Source of the DNA: the human T2T-CHM13v2.0 reference genome, Homo sapiens
Reading direction: 5' to 3' (one strand)
Length of the DNA stretch: 64,000 nt
Assembly (NCBI RefSeq): GCF_009914755.1
Contig: NC_060925.1
Position numbers and translations under genes: made by a program. Below, in pieces: positions 58,770-64,000 of this stretch (its first letter is position 1; each line of letters opens with the position of its first letter). The notes under the pieces were generated by a model that worked only from the letters and a program-made list of their open reading frames with translations, did no database searches and was not told the origin of the DNA.

Positions 58770-59350
58770 GGAACCCCGGCCGACTCCCCGCCGCGTCCGG
58801 CTGGGAGCACAATATCCCAGCGACGGCGACAAGATTAAGCACAAGGGGAGAGTGCAAATGCGCGGGCGGTTCACACGCCCTTCGCGGTGCTGAATTAAAG
58901 CGTCTGAATGGGGATTTCCCCTCGCGCCGGACGGCCTGGCGCGCGGCGCATACTTCCAGGTTGCTATGACTGGCCTGCGCTCGCCTAATCACCGACTAGG
59001 GGGAAATTCATATAAAATATCGCCGGCCATTGTGGGCCTAACTCGGCGTGACAGTGGCGCACAAAGCCGGATTCAAGCGCCCCAGCGGGTCAGCACGGCG
59101 CCCGGCCGCGCGGGCCGCCCGGCGGTGTCAGGGGCCGTGGCCGCGGTGGGGCGCGGGCCGCATTCCGCTCTCAGGTGGCTCCGGGGCCTTTTGTGCAGGC
59201 CATGATTACCAAATGCCACCGCGACACCCCCTCCCGGCCGCCTGGCTCCTCCTGGGGCCGCAGGAATGAGGGAAGGTGGGCAGCCCCCGAGGGGAGGCGC
59301 CCGGGCGTCGGCTCCGGCGGGCTCCGGCGGGGACCGGGGCGCGGGCTGAG
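58770..59350. promoter_or_regulatory. Intronic (orphan) CpG island, candidate enhancer or alternative promoter
   Basis: CpG-dense and non-repetitive. Contains GGGGATTTCCCC (58910-58921), TATAAAA (59011-59017), CATTGT, TGACAG and several TAAT/ATTA cores. Confidence 0.7.
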
Positions 59351-61636
59351 TCCCCCTGTGTGCCCCACAGCAAAGGGTCTTCTCCTTCCCCTGTGTTCAG
59401 GCCTCAGTGGGGGAAAAGGGCCCACGCGTTGGCTGCTCTGGAAGCCTGTTGTGGCCTCCCGATGGGCACGAGAAGGACTTTGCTTGTCCTTTTTCAGGGG
59501 CGATGGTCCCCAGATGACATGACATTTGGGGCCACAGTGACCTGCAGGCCCCTGGCCAGTCTGGTCAGGTGGTCCTAGCTGGGATCCAAGGCACCCCCCT
59601 CACTCAGCCAGCCCCTTCCAGCAGCTGTGGCGTGAGCAGGCAGGAGATGGGGGCAGCACCAGGAGGGAGGGACCCAATGCATTCGGGGTGGCCACTGTCC
59701 CCACAACTCTATGGGTCCCAGGTATGTGGTGGGGGTGTGGTAATCATACAGGGTGCAGCGTGCACGGGGGGCTGTGTTCGCTGTGACCCTCCATCCCCCA
59801 GGATGCCTGAAGGCCAGTCCCTGGAGTACAGGGAGACTGCTCCTCACTGGTGCATGGAAAGGGCTGGCAGATCAGGCAGGGGGAAGGCCTGTGGGGTGGG
59901 GCATTTGCCCTGCAGACCTGGGGAGAGAAGCTGGCTGCAGTAGGGTGCACTTGGGGGACAGAGGGCATTTTTTTGTCACAGTGGAGGTGAGAACTTCCCG
60001 GTGGAGATTCAGCAGAGTTTTTCTCCTGGGCAGTGGGCAATGTTGGGAGTCTGGGCCCCCAGCACCCGGCTGGACTGGCCACCATGGAGTCCTGCCCTCG
60101 GCCAGTGCATCCCTGCCAGAGCTGGGGGTGTCCAGCCAGACAGTCAGCATTGCCAGGGGAAAGAGACGAAGCCACAGGTTTCCAGGGGCTGGGGACAGCA
60201 TTGGAGGGCCCCAGGAGGCATGGCCAGGTGAGCATGGGTCAACATCAAGAAGCAGACTGGGCAAAGGCGGCATCCCAAGCTCCTAGGAAAGGAGGTGTCA
60301 GCTGCCCCAGGATGGGGCCACAGAGGCAGAACCATAGCCCCCTTCCCAGACTAAGCAGCCCAGCCACCAGCTGCCAGCAGCCAGGGCCCTGAATCCCAGA
60401 GCCTGTGACCAAGGTACCCACCTCCAGGAAGAGGCCAGGCCAGAGACCCAATGACCACTGTCTACTCATGGGGGGATGGCCATCAGCATATCAGAGACAC
60501 CCTCCCAACCCCCTTCTCCTGGCAGGCTCCTGTTCAGGGTCTTGTCCAGGGTCCCATAGAGCCCTTACAAAGTCATGGCCAAGCTGTCCATAGCCTTCTT
60601 TCTGGTCACAGCCCAGAGGAGGGGTCAGCACGGAATGGAATCTGAGCTTGGGAGATCTCATCTCAGTTGATGCATCAGAATCACTGGAGACCCTTTAAGA
60701 TATAGGTGCCCCCCACCCCAGTTGAACTTGGGTCCCCAGGGCGGCCCTGCAGTGATTCATTGGCCCCCCAGCCATGACCATTGTTGGAAGCCTCCAGTCC
60801 TAATTCCCTGATGGGCTTCCCAGAGGGGCCAGCCTGGGTGAAGCCCTTCAGACTGAGCACTCTGCCTCCCCGAGGAGCTGGATTTCATTGTCCTATGGTC
60901 GCATTTAACAACAATCCCCACCCCCTGACCCAGAACTTTCCCTCCTTCAAGTTGTTTGTCCCTCAGAAAAGCCACTCAGGAGTCCCCTCTGGACCAACAG
61001 GCATGTCCCAGGAGCCCAGGAGTCCCAGGCTGTCCCTCTCCTCTCGCCCTGTATCAGCCCCCACAGCCTTTCCACAGATAGGCATGTCCCCCTCAGCCAT
61101 GCAGTGGGGGCCCAGCCAGGCAGGTGGGCTCCCTGCTCCCTTGAGGCTATGGCCATGGAAACGCCAGCCATGGGAACACCCATTGGAGCTGCAGGAGCCC
61201 ATAATGATGAGTTCAGGGACCTCTCTTGGGACCCCTCTGTCTGGGCTCTGCACTCACTGCTGTGCAGCCTGGGGCCCATGGCTGACCCTCTCTGAGCCAT
61301 CTTCCTGTTGGGGCCACTTCTCTCATTAGTTAATACAAGGATCGGCTTGGACCTGCTTTTCCCACTGTCACCCCCTAACAGGGCAGCCTCCATGCTATGC
61401 TGCCTCAGCAGCTACCTTCTGAGCAAACACCTGTCCCTGCCGAAATGCTTCTTGGGTCACCTCCCCATGGTAAGGTCAGCTCTGAGAGGACAGAGGCTGC
61501 AGCCTTCTTTGCCACTTAAAAGACAGTCACTGCGTAATAAATAGTGGCAACTGAGCAACTTTAGTGAAATGTGAAAGACAAGGATTTTGGAATGATTTGG
61601 GCAAATGTTGTTCAACGTTTAAGAATTTGGAAACAT

Positions 61637-62108
<472 letters not shown>

Positions 62109-62409
62109 ATCTTTTCCTGTCTCAACAAAATAAAAGCACTTGGCAGTCCTCTGTTAGTCCCCAGATGCTCTCTGATACTTGAAAAGCCCATTAAATCCAA
62201 ACCTAGAAACGAAGGATTTGTTAAGATCCCTCTAGTCCAAAAGTTCTGAGATGCAAGAGACAAAGGAACCATCAAAGCTCATCTCATGATTCCCTGCATC
62301 TGACAACTGCACTGCCCTCAGCTGTGATGGAGCCTTGCCTGGCAGCTCTTCTGCCTTTCCCTAAATGCCCACCTCTTACCACCTAGAACTCCCTCACCTT
62401 CTCCGACTT

Positions 62410-62690
62410 TATCCATCCATCCATCATCCATTCATCCATCATGCACGATCCACCATCCATCAATTCATCCATCCATCCATCCACCATCCAACATCCATCA
62501 ATCTATCCATCTGTCAATCTGCCATCCATCAATCCATCATCCATCTATCCATCAATTCATCCATCCATCCATCCATCCATCCATCCATCCACCATCCATC
62601 AATTCATCATCATCCATCTATCCACCATCCCTCAATCCATCATCTATCCACCCACCCATCCATCTACCCATTATTCATCACCCTCCCATC
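62410..62690. repeat. (CCAT)n degenerate repeat
   Basis: Direct reading. Confidence 0.92.
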
Positions 62691-62975
62691 CCAGGCCTGC
62701 CTCAGAGCTCATGTTGTCAAGCCTTGCTATGTGTCCTTGTCCTCTCTACTGCCTCCCTTGTGAACTGTAAGCTCCCAAAAGCACATGGTTTAGCACAGTC
62801 CCAGGCAAAAAACCTAACACACACACCAACAAAGCCTCCCACCAGAGATAGGGAAGGCTTCCCCTGGTTCATTCTCCTTACCAAGGCAAGGACTCTCTTC
62901 TCCTGAAAGTGGGTCATCCAACCTCTGTTTTATTATCACCAGGACAGGAACTCCTTCAACTTTCAGAAAGCCTAG

Positions 62976-63314
<339 letters not shown>

Positions 63315-63423
63315 TCTGGAGGATTTTTTTTACTGTGGTTATTGAGAGTGGGCACCTTGCTTCTTATTCATCTCATATTCCTCATTCAGCCCAGTGCCTG
63401 GCTCATTAGGGACTCTCAGATCC

Positions 63424-63995
63424 TGGATGGATGGATGGATGATGGATGGATGGTGGGTGGTGGATAGATGGATGAATGGATGATGGGTGGATGATGGATG
63501 AATGGTGATGGATGAATGGTGATGGATGGATTAGAGATGGACAGATGATGGGCAACAGATAGGTGATGAATGTACAGATGATGAAGGGGATGATGGATGG
63601 ATGATGGTTGAATGGTGGATGGGTGATGAATTGATGATGGATGCATGATGAATGGATAATGGGTGAATGGATGGATGAGTGGTGGTAGATGGTGGATGAT
63701 GGGTAATGGATGGACAATGGATGGATTGTGGATGGATGGTGGATGATGGATGATAGATGTATGGATAATGTATGGATATGGATGATGAATGGATGAATGG
63801 TGGATGATGGATGATAGATGGATGATGGATAGATGTGGATGATGGATGGATGGATAATGGATGATGGATGGATGTGGATGACAGATGATGGGTGATGGGT
63901 GGATGGATAGATGGGTGGTGGATGGTGGATGATTGTACATGATGGATAGTAGATATATGGATGATGGATGGATGGATGGTGAATGGATAGATGAA
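63424..63995. repeat. (GGAT)n degenerate repeat, probably an expanded L2 3' tail
   Basis: Follows L2-like cagcccagtgcctggctcattagg. Confidence 0.92.
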
Positions 63996-64000
63996 TTTAT

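Overview
Human (primate) genomic DNA containing the 5' half of WNT3A on the + strand. This identification comes from the translated exons; WNT3A is known to lie at 1q42, head-to-head with WNT9A. Coding exon 1 is 28170-28240 (signal peptide MAPLGYFLLLCSLKQALGSYPIW) inside a CpG-island promoter. Intron 1 is 15,466 nt, and exon 2 is 43707-43948 (242 nt). Intron 2 runs off the window end, so exons 3-4 are not present. Bases 1-~7000 look like a duplicated block carrying a non-processed SEPTIN14 last-exon pseudogene fragment, ending in a 57-bp-arm AT-rich palindrome. About 7-19.5 kb is AT-rich decayed L1 with nested Alus. The remainder is GC-rich sequence with many Alu, L1, L2, MIR, MaLR-LTR and DNA-transposon fossils plus simple repeats. 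Nearly all ORFs in the track are repeat-derived or GC-shadow artefacts. Best leads: (1) exon 2 has no stop codon in any forward frame or across its back-splice junction, has one AUG, and is flanked by inverted Alus, making it a candidate circRNA with an endless ORF; (2) a two-part motif-dense regulatory module in intron 2, including a TATA- and kappaB-containing orphan CpG island; (3) the palindrome at the duplication boundary. These are hypotheses from sequence only. Repeat subfamily names and boundaries are by eye and approximate.
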